DNA of 64,000 nt, taken from the NCBI GenBank assembly GCA_009914755.4, contig CP086569.2, positions 4,256,001 to 4,320,000 of the forward strand, written 5' to 3'. The stretch comes from the human T2T-CHM13v2.0 reference genome, Homo sapiens. Both the position numbers and the translations under genes were made by a program. The notes under the pieces were generated by a model. That model was not told the origin of the DNA. It saw nothing but the letters and a program-made list of their open reading frames with translations, and searched no databases. Every line of letters begins with the position of its first letter. Within the stretch, counting starts at the first letter, position 1. Positions 1-10,532 of the stretch are shown piece after piece.

Positions 1-105
1 AGGACCTACTGAGGGCTGTGTCATGGGCCGTGGCCACTCATATTTGACTCAGGATAAATCTCTTCAAATATTTTACAGATTTTGACGCTTTTCATCGATA
101 ATAAT
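1..105 (+). repeat. Partial copy (3' part) of an unclassified LTR-like interspersed repeat
   Basis: About 80% identical over roughly 105 bp to 9368-9472, the end of the 8713-9475 copy. It is truncated by the window edge. Confidence 0.45.
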
Positions 106-834
106 TTGGCACCCAAACACGTGGGGCCTCAGAGAAGACTCAGGACTCCAAAGGAGTTGCCCAAACTCAGAGCTAAGTTATCAGCAGGGGCCCATTGAAG
201 CCTCCACGACTTTGAGCTTCTCCTCTGGTGGAACTGCTAAGTCCTCCTGAGCCCAGAACCTCCCTTTGATGAAAGGTCCTTGATTTATTCTGAGCTTTTA
301 TTTTTGCTCTTCTAGGAAGTTGTTGTTTAAGGATCCTAATTGTAGTTCAGAGGTGCATTTTAAAGGGTCTTCTCCATTGCTTTTTCTCCCGAAATTAATC
401 TTGATTTGGCTTGGCTGGGCGCATTTGCATGAGGAACTGTACTGTTGTTTTCATAAGTAAATGAGACTGAGTTTACTCAGCTTGGAAAAGAAAGGGCATT
501 TTGTTCCTTCCAGCTGAAAGGCACCCTGGGTTACTGGGGGCCTCGTGGGATTGTCTGGGGTGTTGACCCTCCGTGATTTACAGCAGCCGTACAGGGAACC
601 CCCAATGAAATTAGTTCAAAACAGGCTCGTCCTGCAAGTGTATACAGGAGCTGGTTGCTTCATACTTTGGGCCCTGCTGAAGGGGCTTAGACCTCTGGAG
701 AGGGAAAGATACATGTAAGAGGGCAGCAATAACTCAGTGGTTAATTTTACAGGATATCTGGGGTGTCAATTTTTCTTACTGGAAACCTCTATGGCCGCAG
801 CGCCTTTGCCTGAGTTTTTGTCCTACCTCCAGGA

Positions 835-2086
835 ATAATGAGGTATGCAAGCAAGTGAAAGGTGAAGAAGAAGAGTTTTATTTGATGTTAGAACAGCTCA
901 GAGGAGTGGGTAGCTCCTCTCTATAGACAGGTTGCCCAGTGAAACGTTCAGATCTTAGCAGAGAGGAGGCTCTAGAGAGGGTGACTCCTCTCTGCAGCAA
1001 GTCATTTTGACATTGCTGCAGGTCTCTGAAGCTCTCAACAGAGAAGGTAGCACCTCTTTCATGGCAGGTTGTCTCTGCAGCTCTCTGCAGCTGGTCATCC
1101 CATCATCTCCAGCCATCAGCAGAGAGGGTACTCCTTTCTGCAGCTGGTTGTCTGCCCGTCCTCTGCTCTCTTCATCCTCTGGCCATCCTCTGCCCTGCTC
1201 TGGCTGAGCCCAGGGCTTTTATAAACCTCAGAGGGAAGGAAGTGCATGCTGATTGGTCCATGGGCAGCCATGGGTGGGCCCAGAAGAGGCACCTGAGTCC
1301 CCACTCCAGTCCTCAGGACTGGTAGCCCAGCCCCCAGCCTTCATGCCCTCCCTAGCCTGAATGTGGGGCCTTACTGGGGACCAGGCCTCTTCTGCCCAGG
1401 AACCAGTTTGCTTCCTGCTGTCATTCATGGCCCCTGGGGCTCAGCCCAAAGCCTGCTCTGAAATTGGAGAAGGTGCCCGGAGAGGAGAGTGGTCAGGCAG
1501 GTGGAAGCAGACATCCCTGAGCCTGCAGGGATGAGGGGGTCCTTCCTGGGGCCTCTGAGGGCGCAGGCTGCAGAGATGCCTGGGTCCTGTGTCTAGGAGG
1601 GCGGCCGCAGCTGCACCTGGGAGCTCCCGCCCCACCAACTGAAAAGGGGTAGGGCTCCCTCCCTCTTGTCACCGGCTCCTGCCTTCTTCCTGGAACAGAA
1701 CGCCTAGGTCTGCAGCCACAGGTGCATAGGCTGCAGCTGCACGGGGAAAGCAGATCTGGCCTGTTCCTGGCTCCGCCAAGAGCACTCAGAGGCTTGGATC
1801 CATAGCTGCAGTTTGGGTAGGTGCAGCCCCGCCCAGGAGGGTGGGGCTCCTGCTTGCTCTGTAAAGGAGGACTGGGTCTGCAGCTGCCCTTTGGGGTTTG
1901 GGCAGCTGCAGTAGCACAAGGAACTCCCTTCCCAACTCAGAAGGGGCAGGGCTTGAACTCACTCCGTAGAGTGTGTAGGCCTAGCTGGGTTTCCCTGCTG
2001 CAGCCGGCATGATGGCAGCAGCCAGTACCATCACTAACACACATTTCAACCCACTGCACAAAAGCCCTAGGCCATAGCTCAGTTCC

Positions 2087-2090
<4 letters not shown>
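835..2090 (-). mobile_element. Probable solitary ERV LTR (U3-R-U5 reading on the minus strand), family uncertain (LTR12-like architecture)
   Basis: On the minus strand the order is a GC-rich repeat-structured block (2090 down to 1260), a CCAAT box (attgg at 1252-1256 on the plus strand), a TATAAAAG box 25-30 bp downstream (plus-strand tataaa at 1222-1227), about 45-bp degenerate tandem repeats (1170 down to 895), and an AATAAA signal (plus-strand ttttatt around 868-875). A 27-nt A run at 2091-2117 abuts the far edge. Confidence 0.35.
895..1170. repeat. Degenerate tandem repeat of roughly 45 bp, about 5-6 copies, containing ctctgcag and gagagg motifs
   Basis: Repeating units visible directly, e.g. 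gagaggaggctctagagagggtgactcctctctgcagcaagtc, gagaaggtagcacctctttcatggcaggttgtctctgcagctctc and gagagggtactcctttctgcagctggttgtctgcc. Confidence 0.5.

Positions 2091-2117
<27 letters not shown>
2091..2117. repeat. (A)27 homopolymer
   Basis: Uninterrupted A run. Confidence 0.95.
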
Positions 2118-2484
2118 GTGGGAAACAGTCTAAGAATGGGGGGGGAAAAAAAAAGAATGACCCTCCTTTGGGTCACTCCATTGGTTTTATGACACCTCTA
2201 CTTGCCAGAGTTCATATAAAATGGAAGTATTATGGTCTTTGTGCACATTTACGTTGAGGAAAAATACCCCTAAGGTAGATCTGCAAACTATAGAGTTCCT
2301 AAGTTCTGTTTTTCTCTATTTTTCTTTTCTGCCTGCTTTAAATCTGCTCTTTTTCTACTGCAATAAAAACCATTGTTTGGATTTAACAGGTTTTTTTTGT
2401 TTGTTTGTTTGTTTTTTGCAAGTTGGTGAATTTGTATTTATCTCACGGTTCTGAAGTAAAAGCTATAGGATCTCTGTGATCTGC

Positions 2485-2519
2485 GTGTGTGTGTGTGTGT
2501 GTGTGTGTTTGTGTGTGTG
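2485..2519. repeat. (TG)n microsatellite
   Basis: gtgtgtgtgt... with one TTT interruption. Confidence 0.95.
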
Positions 2520-3005
2520 CGTATATTTAAAATGCCTTTATAATTTCTATAATTATATGTTTAATTGACAATTAAATCCATTTTAATTTTTTTCTAGCAC
2601 ACCAGACTTTTTTTCTTTGTAAATTTTGGTATCTGATTTTTACCTAAGAGTTGTTTCCTTTAATATTCAGAGTTAAGGCTATTTAGCTGACAACTGCCTA
2701 AGGTGGTGAATCAGGTTATCAAGAATTTGAAAGCCTATGATAGGAGAAAAAAAAAAAGAAAAAAGAAAAGGGGTCTTATGAATCTATAAGATTCATCATG
2801 CCTAATATGTCTATGTGTTTATGTGCTGTGTAAATAATATTTCACTACTAAAAATATATAAAAGTGCTCTAATTAATTGGCTTAAAAATAAAAGAATCTA
2901 AATCAAATACTTAAAAGAAAAGCCTAACTAAATGCTTTTTCAAGTTCACATGACTTAAGTAAAATCTTTAATAAATAAGTTGGCCTTAAAGTTATAGGTA
3001 AAATA

Positions 3006-3359
3006 TGTATTAGTCCGTTTTTATGTTGCTGATAAAGACATACTTGAGACTGGGAAGTAAAAGAGGTTTAATTGGACTTACAGTTCCACATGGCTGGAGA
3101 GGCCTCAGAGTCATGGCAGGAGGCAAAAGACATTTCTTACATGGTGGCAGCAAGAGAAAATGAGCTAGAAGCAAAAGTGAAAACTGCTGATAAGCCCATC
3201 AGATCTCGTGAGACTTATTCACTGTCACAAGAATAACACATGAAAGACCAGCCTCCATGATTCAATTATCTCCCCCTGGGTCCCTCCCACAACAAGTGGG
3301 AATTCTGGGAGATACAATTCAAGTTGAGATTTGAGTGGGGACACACCCAAAACATATCA
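3006..3359 (-). mobile_element. Solo ERVL-MaLR LTR, THE1/MST type
   Basis: Near full-length match to the reverse complement of the THE1 LTR consensus: tgtattagtccgtttttatgttgctgataaagacatac ... gagatttgagtggggacacacccaaaacatatca, about 354 bp. Confidence 0.8.
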
Positions 3360-4019
3360 AATAATATTAGAAATTTCTTAAGAATCGATAGCATTTTTAT
3401 TTCCATTTGTTGATCAAGTGGTTTCATGCTTACTCCTGTAGAATACTATACGATTTGCCATAAGGGTTATATAAGTATAATACCCAGCCCAAGACACAAT
3501 GATCTTTGCTTGCATAATTTTTGATAAATAAGACATGGAATGTTGTTGGTTTAATGAAAACAGCTAAATCTTGAGGTATTGGTAAAAAATACCCTTATAT
3601 TTAACTTTAAGTTTCTGAAGTAAATACCTGAAATTCACAGGTGTAAAAACAGTTAACAAAGAAATAACTTTAAATATTGAGTATCACAGTTTTTGTAAGT
3701 AATCTAGGTAAATGATTAATATTGAATAAATTAATCAGTTAAATGTAATTTAATAAATGCTTGTAAACAAACGTCATAATTTAGGATCTCAAAGTTATTA
3801 ATTGATATCAGGTATCTGAGTAATTTCCAATTTAAAAATTATAGAAAACCATTTTTTTAAAAAAGTTCTTATTAAAAGGCAAATATCTTTGTCTAATTAA
3901 AGGCTTATTTAAAGGTTATGTATAAAACAAGGTAAAAGTTACCATAAAATAAGAGATGTAAAGAAAGTTAAAGATATAAAGAAGTATTTTTGGTAAAGAA
4001 GATGTGAACCCTGAAAATC

Positions 4020-4800
4020 TGAGACAGGTCTCAGTTAATTTAGGAAGTTTATTTTGACAAGATTGAGAATGTGCACGCAGGACACAGCCTCAGGAGGTCC
4101 TGATGACATGTGCCAAGGTAGTCAGAACACAGTTTGGTTTTATAGATTCTAGGGAGATATGAGACATCAATCAACATATGCAAGATGAACACTGGTCCAG
4201 TCTGGAAAGGCGGGACAACTCAAAGTAAAAGCAGGATGACTCAAAGTGGAGAAGGGGCTTCCAGGTCACAGGTAGATAAGAGACAAATGGTTGTGTTCTT
4301 TTGAGTTTCTGATTAGCCTCTCCAAAGCAGGCAATCAGGTATGCATTTATCCCAGTGAGAAGAGGGGTGACTTTGAAAAGAATGGGAGGCAGGTTGGGTC
4401 TAAGCAGTTCCCAGCTTGACTTTTCCCTTAGCTTAGTGATTTGGGGACCCCAAGATTTTATTCCTTTCACAATTTCTTTCTTTTTAAAAATTTTTTGAAG
4501 AAAGCATTTTAGAAGAAAATGAGTCTCTGGTCTCAGGTTTCTTCTGATCTCACATGGCTAGGATGGTTTATTCCTAGACAGGTAGGTCATGAGTTATTAG
4601 GAAAGCTCGTTTTTATCAGGTTGTGAAGTCATGTCCTAGGAAGAGAACGTAGGGGAAGGAAGGAATAAAAACAACAAGCAAAAGAACAATACTGGAAAAT
4701 CAATATAGGCCACAAAACTCTGAAGTGCATTCATCATTAGGCAGGTATGAAAGTGGCTTATGTACGTAAATAGGCTGCTGTTATTTTCTTCTAAAATTTA
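4020..4800 (-). repeat. Copy of the same unclassified LTR-like repeat as 8713-9475, in opposite orientation
   Basis: Shared blocks acacagcctcaggaggtcctga, catgtgccaaggt, gggacaactcaaag, ggggcttccaggc and ccccaagattttattcc, which matches gagaccaagttttattgtgc. The 3' extent is uncertain. Confidence 0.4.
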
Positions 4801-5773
4801 AGTTGTCTAGCTATAGTTTGTAGGGCTTAATGAAAGCACAGCTTAGTTTTCAATGGTTTCAAGTTAGGAAAAATTGGGGGAAAAGGAAAAGAAAGAAGAA
4901 AAAATGAAAATATTATTTTAAAGATTTGTTGTCAGGAAAAATTATAATTCAGCCCAAACTGTAGAAAATAATAAAAACTGAAAAATGTTAGACAAGACTA
5001 GGATCTAACAACAGGTGTATTGTAGTTTTTGAAACATAATTTTTCTCTCTCCTGTTTCCCATTTTTACTAAAGTCAAATTATGGTAGAATCAATTTGCTT
5101 TATTATACTTGGCCATATTATTTGTATAAAGTGCAGCAAGGATAATTATTTTTTATATAGGCTTATTTACATTGGCTTTGATGGAACTTGGTTCAATAGA
5201 AAAAATCTCATGAGACTTTTTTCTTTTTTTTATATTAAAAGCATTTATTTATTTTACTTTAATTCTTCTAAAAAATGGGATACATGTGCAGAACATGTAG
5301 GTTTGCCATTCAGTAATATTAAATACATTCACATAATTGTGCAACCAATCTGTTAAGCTTTTTCATCTTGCAAATCTGAAACTCTATACCCAGTAATTAC
5401 AACTGCCCATTTTTCCCTTCTTGAGCCCCTGGCAACCACCATTTTACCTTATGTTTCTATAAATTTGACTAGTTCATATGCTTCATTTAAGTGGAGCTAT
5501 ATGGTATATGCATTTTTGTGACTTGTGTATTTTGCTTAGCATAACATCCTCAAGGTTCATCTATGTTGTGTAATGTGTCATTTTTTTTTAAGGCTAATAT
5601 TTTCTTATATGGACATACCACATTTTGTTTAATCCTATATGCATATGACATTAAGATCGCTTCACGTTTTGTTCATTATAAATAACACTGCTATAAATGT
5701 GGGTGTACAAATATCTCTTTGAGATCCTACTTAAAATTCTTTTGGATATATACTCAGAAGTGGTATTGCTTGA

Positions 5774-6219
<446 letters not shown>

Positions 6220-6361
6220 ACTTTTTATTTTCTTTAAAATAACTATTCTGATGGGTGTGAAGTAATATCTCATTGTGGTTTTGATTTGCATTTCCTTAGT
6301 GACTGGTGATATGATCATCTCTTTTCTTATGGTTGTTGGCTTTCTTTATTAATTTTTTATT

Positions 6362-6458
6362 CTATATACATTTTTCTCCTTTTTGAATTTGTTCCAAATG
6401 TATTTATTCTATGTACATTTTTCTCCTTTTTGAGTTTGTTCCACATGTATTTATTAAT
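6362..6458. repeat. Local tandem duplication (2 x about 48 bp) inside the L1
   Basis: The unit tctat(a/g)tacatttttctcctttttga(a/g)tttgttcca(a/c)atgtatttatt occurs twice in succession. Confidence 0.6.
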
Positions 6459-6687
6459 TATTGATTATCTCAGGATTTTGTAGGGTTTTGGGCACTTACA
6501 TGACTCAAAGTAAGATATTATCTGGGTGGTACACTAAATTATTTTATGACTATACAAACCTGCTTCAAAATATATTTAACCTTATAGTTTTAAGGCCATG
6601 TTCTATACAGTGATTTCTAACATTCCCAGTATGAATATTCTTATTTTATTTTACTTATTATGAAAATATGTTTTAAAATATAAATAT

Positions 6688-7068
6688 TGCTGTGGTTTGA
6701 ATATGTATCCCAAAGTTTATGTGTTTGAAACTTAACCCCCAAATTTATATGTTGATCATGTATAGATGGACGTAGGGCCTTTTGGAGGTAATTAGGGTTA
6801 GATGGGGTCCTGAGTGTGGGATCCTCATGATGGGTTAGTGACTTTATTGGAAGAAAAGGAGAGACCTGAGCTGGCACACTCTTGCCCTCTGGTGATGTGA
6901 TGCCCTCCACCATTTTACAATTCAGCAAGAAGGCACCTACCAGATGCCGGTGCCATGCTTGTAGATGTCCCAGGCTCCAGAACTGTGAGTTAAATGAAAG
7001 TATTTTATATATAAATTATCTAGTCTATGGAATAATGTTATGGCAACAGAAAATTACTAACAAGTGTA
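6688..7068 (+). mobile_element. Solitary MaLR-type LTR (MST/MLT-like family)
   Basis: Consensus-like start tgctgtggtttgaatatgtatccc and end ccagaactgtgagttaaatgaaa ... atctagtctatggaataatgttatggcaaca. Confidence 0.55.
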
Positions 7069-7114
7069 TTTAGAGAATAAGGTACAAACCCAGGTATCCC
7101 ATGAAAAAACAAAT

Positions 7115-7945
7115 GTTAACTCTCTTAGTCTTTTTAGGCTGGTGGGTAGCTCATATATGACAGAAATTTGTTTCTTACAATTTTGGAGAGGGGGGTAATG
7201 TCCAAGATGAAGGCATCAGCAGATTTGGTGTCTAATGAGGGCCCACTTTCTCATAGGTGGCCACCTTTTCACTGTAAACTCACATACCAGAAGTGATGGG
7301 GAATCTCTCTTGGATCTCTTTTATAAGGGCACTAGTCTCATTCATGACAGTTTTACCCCCATACCTCCTACTACTATAAACTTGAGGGTTAGGATTTGAA
7401 CATATGAATTTTGCGGAGAATACAAACATTCAAATCATAGCATTTTCCCCTGATGCCCCTGAATTTTTGTCTTTCTTACCTACAAAATACATTCATGACA
7501 TCACCAAAGCCCCAAAAGTCTTCACTTCTTCCAGCGCCAACACAAAACTGTAAAGTACAAAGTCTCATCTGAATATCATCTAAATTGTTTGTGGGTGAAA
7601 TTCAAGGTAAGTTTTATTCTGTGAAACATTGCTCTCCAACAGTGAAATTGTAAAGTCAAACATGTTATGTGCTTCCAAAATACAGTGGTTAAACAGACAT
7701 AGGATAAGCATTCTTATTCCAAAATGGAGAAATATAAGAGAATAAAAACTAATAGTTTCCAAATAAGTATGAAATACAATAGGGCAAATAATTTTAAATT
7801 TTACAGCTTGAGAATAATCTTCTTTGGTTTAGTGCTTGCCCTCCAGGCCAACTGGAAATTGGAGATGGGCACACCTTCCAGACATACTGGGTCAGGGCCC
7901 AACCTTCTCTTCTGGACACACTGGAGTTGGGATCCTACCTTTTAG
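7115..7945 (-). mobile_element. MaLR element fragment: LTR (7115-7460) plus internal region (7460-7945)
   Basis: The LTR part is the reverse complement of the same family as 6688-7068 (ttctcacag-like ... ggaatctctcttggatctcttttataagggcactagtctcattcatga ... tttgaacatatgaattttg). The internal part carries the MaLR-int motif ccccaaaagtcttcacttcttccagcgccaacacaaaactgtaaagtacaaagtctcatctga, homologous to 13040-13160. Confidence 0.5.
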
Positions 7946-7949
7946 ATAC

Positions 7950-8290
7950 ACTGGGATGTGTGGACCTGCCCCAATGCAAAGGGTGGCCCCACCACCATGT
8001 TAGATCTCTGTAGTCATCCCAATTCTGATGTGAATTTGTGTTTGAGTTGTATGCCCATGGATCCTCCAGGCTGGAATCATGGATGGGATTAATGTCTATA
8101 AAAGGCTTCGGAGAGCTGCCTCTTTCTTTCTGCCCTTTCACCATGTTAGGGCACCTAGTCAGCATCAACCCTGAGAAGAGGGCCCTAAACAGACAACTGA
8201 CATGCTCATGCTTTGAACTTCAACTTCTCAGCCTCCAAAACTATGAGAAATAAATATTATTTATGGATTATGCAATCTGTGGTATTTTGT
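7950..8290 (+). mobile_element. Solitary MaLR-type LTR (MLT1-like)
   Basis: 3' end motif cttctcagcctccaaaactatgagaaataaatattatttatggattatgcaatctgtggtattttgtgacagaag is typical of MLT1/MST LTRs. Confidence 0.45.
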
Positions 8291-8712
8291 GACAGAAGCA
8301 TGAAAGAACCGAGACACTAGGACTATGGTGTTTCCTAGTTTCTGCTTTTTCTTAAATTTGTGTCCAGCAACACATACTCATCACTGGGGGAAAATTTTTC
8401 ATGTCTGCATTCTCCTTTATGATATTTTCTGTAAATTTCAGTCTTCTCTATTTTTCTTTGTACATTTTTTATTGTGGTAAAATGTACATAACTTAAAACT
8501 TACTATTTTAACTATTTTTAAGTGTATAGTTCAGTGGCATTGAGTGTATTCATCTTGTTGTTCATCCATCACTACATCCATCTCCAGAAATTTTTCTTCC
8601 TCTCAGGTTAAAACCCAATGTCCCTTAAACAGTAACTCACCATTTTCCCCTACTAACAACTGCTGGGAAGCATTGTTCTATTTTTCTTCTTTATAGATTT
8701 GACTACTCTAGT

Positions 8713-9475
8713 TACCTCTGAGGACTAAGCTCTGATTTTTTATCTTGCCCAAATTCCTTTCTAAGGGGTCTGGGGAGTCATGCCCTACAAACCATAAATT
8801 TTCATTAGATGGGTTTTATTTAACCCTGTATATTGTGACTTACTTTCCAAACTGACTCTGGCATAACAAGGGAACAATCTAAGCATTTTACCCCAAAATA
8901 TATTTCCTTATACCTAGAAATTGCCCTTCAAAGTCTCTTGGAAAAATTCATGTTCTATAGAGAATATCTTTTCCCCTTTGTTTTCTCTCCTTTCTTTCCG
9001 ATACAGGTGATAATCAACTAAAAGCCAGGAACCCTTTTAGGTTCAATAAGAAACATTTTACAACCTGCTCTCTCTCTCTCCGAAGTCTGCTATCTGAGAG
9101 ATTCCTCTGCACAATAAAACTTGGTCTCCACAATCCTTTATCTTAACCTGAACATTCCTTTCCATTAATCCCAGGTCTTCAGATAAACTCAACCAATTGT
9201 CAGCCAGAAAATGTTTAAATTTACCAATAGCCTGGAAGCCCCTGCTTTGAGTTGTCCCACTTTTCTGAACCAAACCAATGTATTTCTTAGGTGTATTTGA
9301 TGTCTCTTGCCTTCTTAAAATATATAAAACCAAGCTGTACCCCGACCACCTTGGGCACATGTTTTCAGGACCTCCTGAGGGCTGTGTCTTGGGCCATGGT
9401 CACTTATATTTGGCTCAGAATGAATCTCTTAAAATATTTTACTGAGTTAGACTCTTTTCATCGACACCTCATATA
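8713..9475 (+). repeat. Unclassified LTR-like interspersed repeat, about 760 bp, inserted into the L1
   Basis: It interrupts continuous L1 sequence. It carries an AATAAA-containing motif ctgcacaataaaacttggtctcc at about 9105-9128. Its 3' 430 bp recur at 4020-4480 (inverted) and its last roughly 105 bp recur at 1-105. Confidence 0.45.
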
Positions 9476-10402
9476 ACTCTATTCTGTTGTTACTGGCTTA
9501 TTTTACTAAGTCTTACACACTGTATTTAAGGTTCATCTATGTTGTGGTATGTGTCAGAATTTCCTGTCTTTTTAGGATTAACAAGTATTCTCTTTTATGT
9601 TTATACCACATTTTGTGTATTCATTCATCTATGAATGAACACTTGCCTTGCTTCCGTTTTTTGGCTAATGTAAATAATGCTGTCCTAAACATAAATGTGC
9701 AAATATTTATTTGAACATTGCTTTAAATCCTTTTGGATATATACTGAGGAATAAAAGTGCTTTAATATATAGTAATTCTATGTTACATTATTTGAGGATT
9801 GGCCATACGGTTTTCATAGGGTCTTCACTGTTTTACATTCTTTTCAGCAGTCCAAAAGGGTTTCACCACATTATTACCAATATTTGTTATTTTCTGTTGT
9901 GTGTATGCCTGTGTGTGTGTTTCATAATAGTCATTAAAATGAGTGTTAGTTGGTTTATCATTAAGGTTTACATTTGCATATCTCTAAGGATTCGTTACCA
10001 TATTGTTTATCCTTACTATTGTACTGGCTATTTTGGATATTCTGCCTTTTCATATAAACTTTAGGATCAAGTTGCTGATAACCACCAAATAACTTGCAGA
10101 GATTATTGGGAAGAACTCACATCTTTAAAATATTTGTCTCCTATCTATGAACAGCAAATATTTCCAAATATACTAAGTTCTTCACTGATTTTGTTCAACA
10201 CAGTTTGTAAATTTCCTGTAAAAATCTTGTACACATTTTGTTAGAATTATACCTAAACATTTCATTTTGGAGCATGCTAACGTAATTGGTATTGTATTTT
10301 AAAATTCAGGTTGTTCTTGTTCGTTGCTGGTATATAGGAAAGTAATTGTTTTTTATATTAATCTTTCATTATATCCTGCAACCTTGCTATAATCACTAAT
10401 CA

Positions 10403-10475
10403 GGCCAGGCATGGTGACTCTTGCCTATAATTCCAGCTGCTAAGGATGCTGAAGTGGGAATATAGATTGAGCCTG
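10403..10475 (+). mobile_element. Alu fragment (left-monomer, FLAM-like)
   Basis: ggccaggcatggtgactcttgcctataattccagctgctaaggatgctgaagtgggaatatagattgagcctg. Confidence 0.6.
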
Positions 10476-10478
10476 ATA

Positions 10479-10486
10479 ATCTCTCT

Positions 10487-10522
<36 letters not shown>

Positions 10523-10532
10523 ACACACACAC
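10479..10532. repeat. (CT)n(CA)n compound microsatellite
   Basis: ctctctctctct followed by acacacac... for about 42 bp. Confidence 0.95.

Noticed and set aside
895-1170. Regularly spaced roughly 45-bp direct repeats that could superficially suggest a CRISPR-like array.
   Set aside because: This is eukaryotic DNA, as shown by the Alu, L1 and LTR content. The units are degenerate and contiguous with no unique spacers, so it is a minisatellite-type tandem repeat inside a probable LTR.
3001-3364. Possible TSD around the solo THE1-type LTR at 3006-3359 (aaata versus aataa).
   Set aside because: The candidate repeats are offset by one base and lie in A-rich sequence, so I cannot call the TSD confidently.
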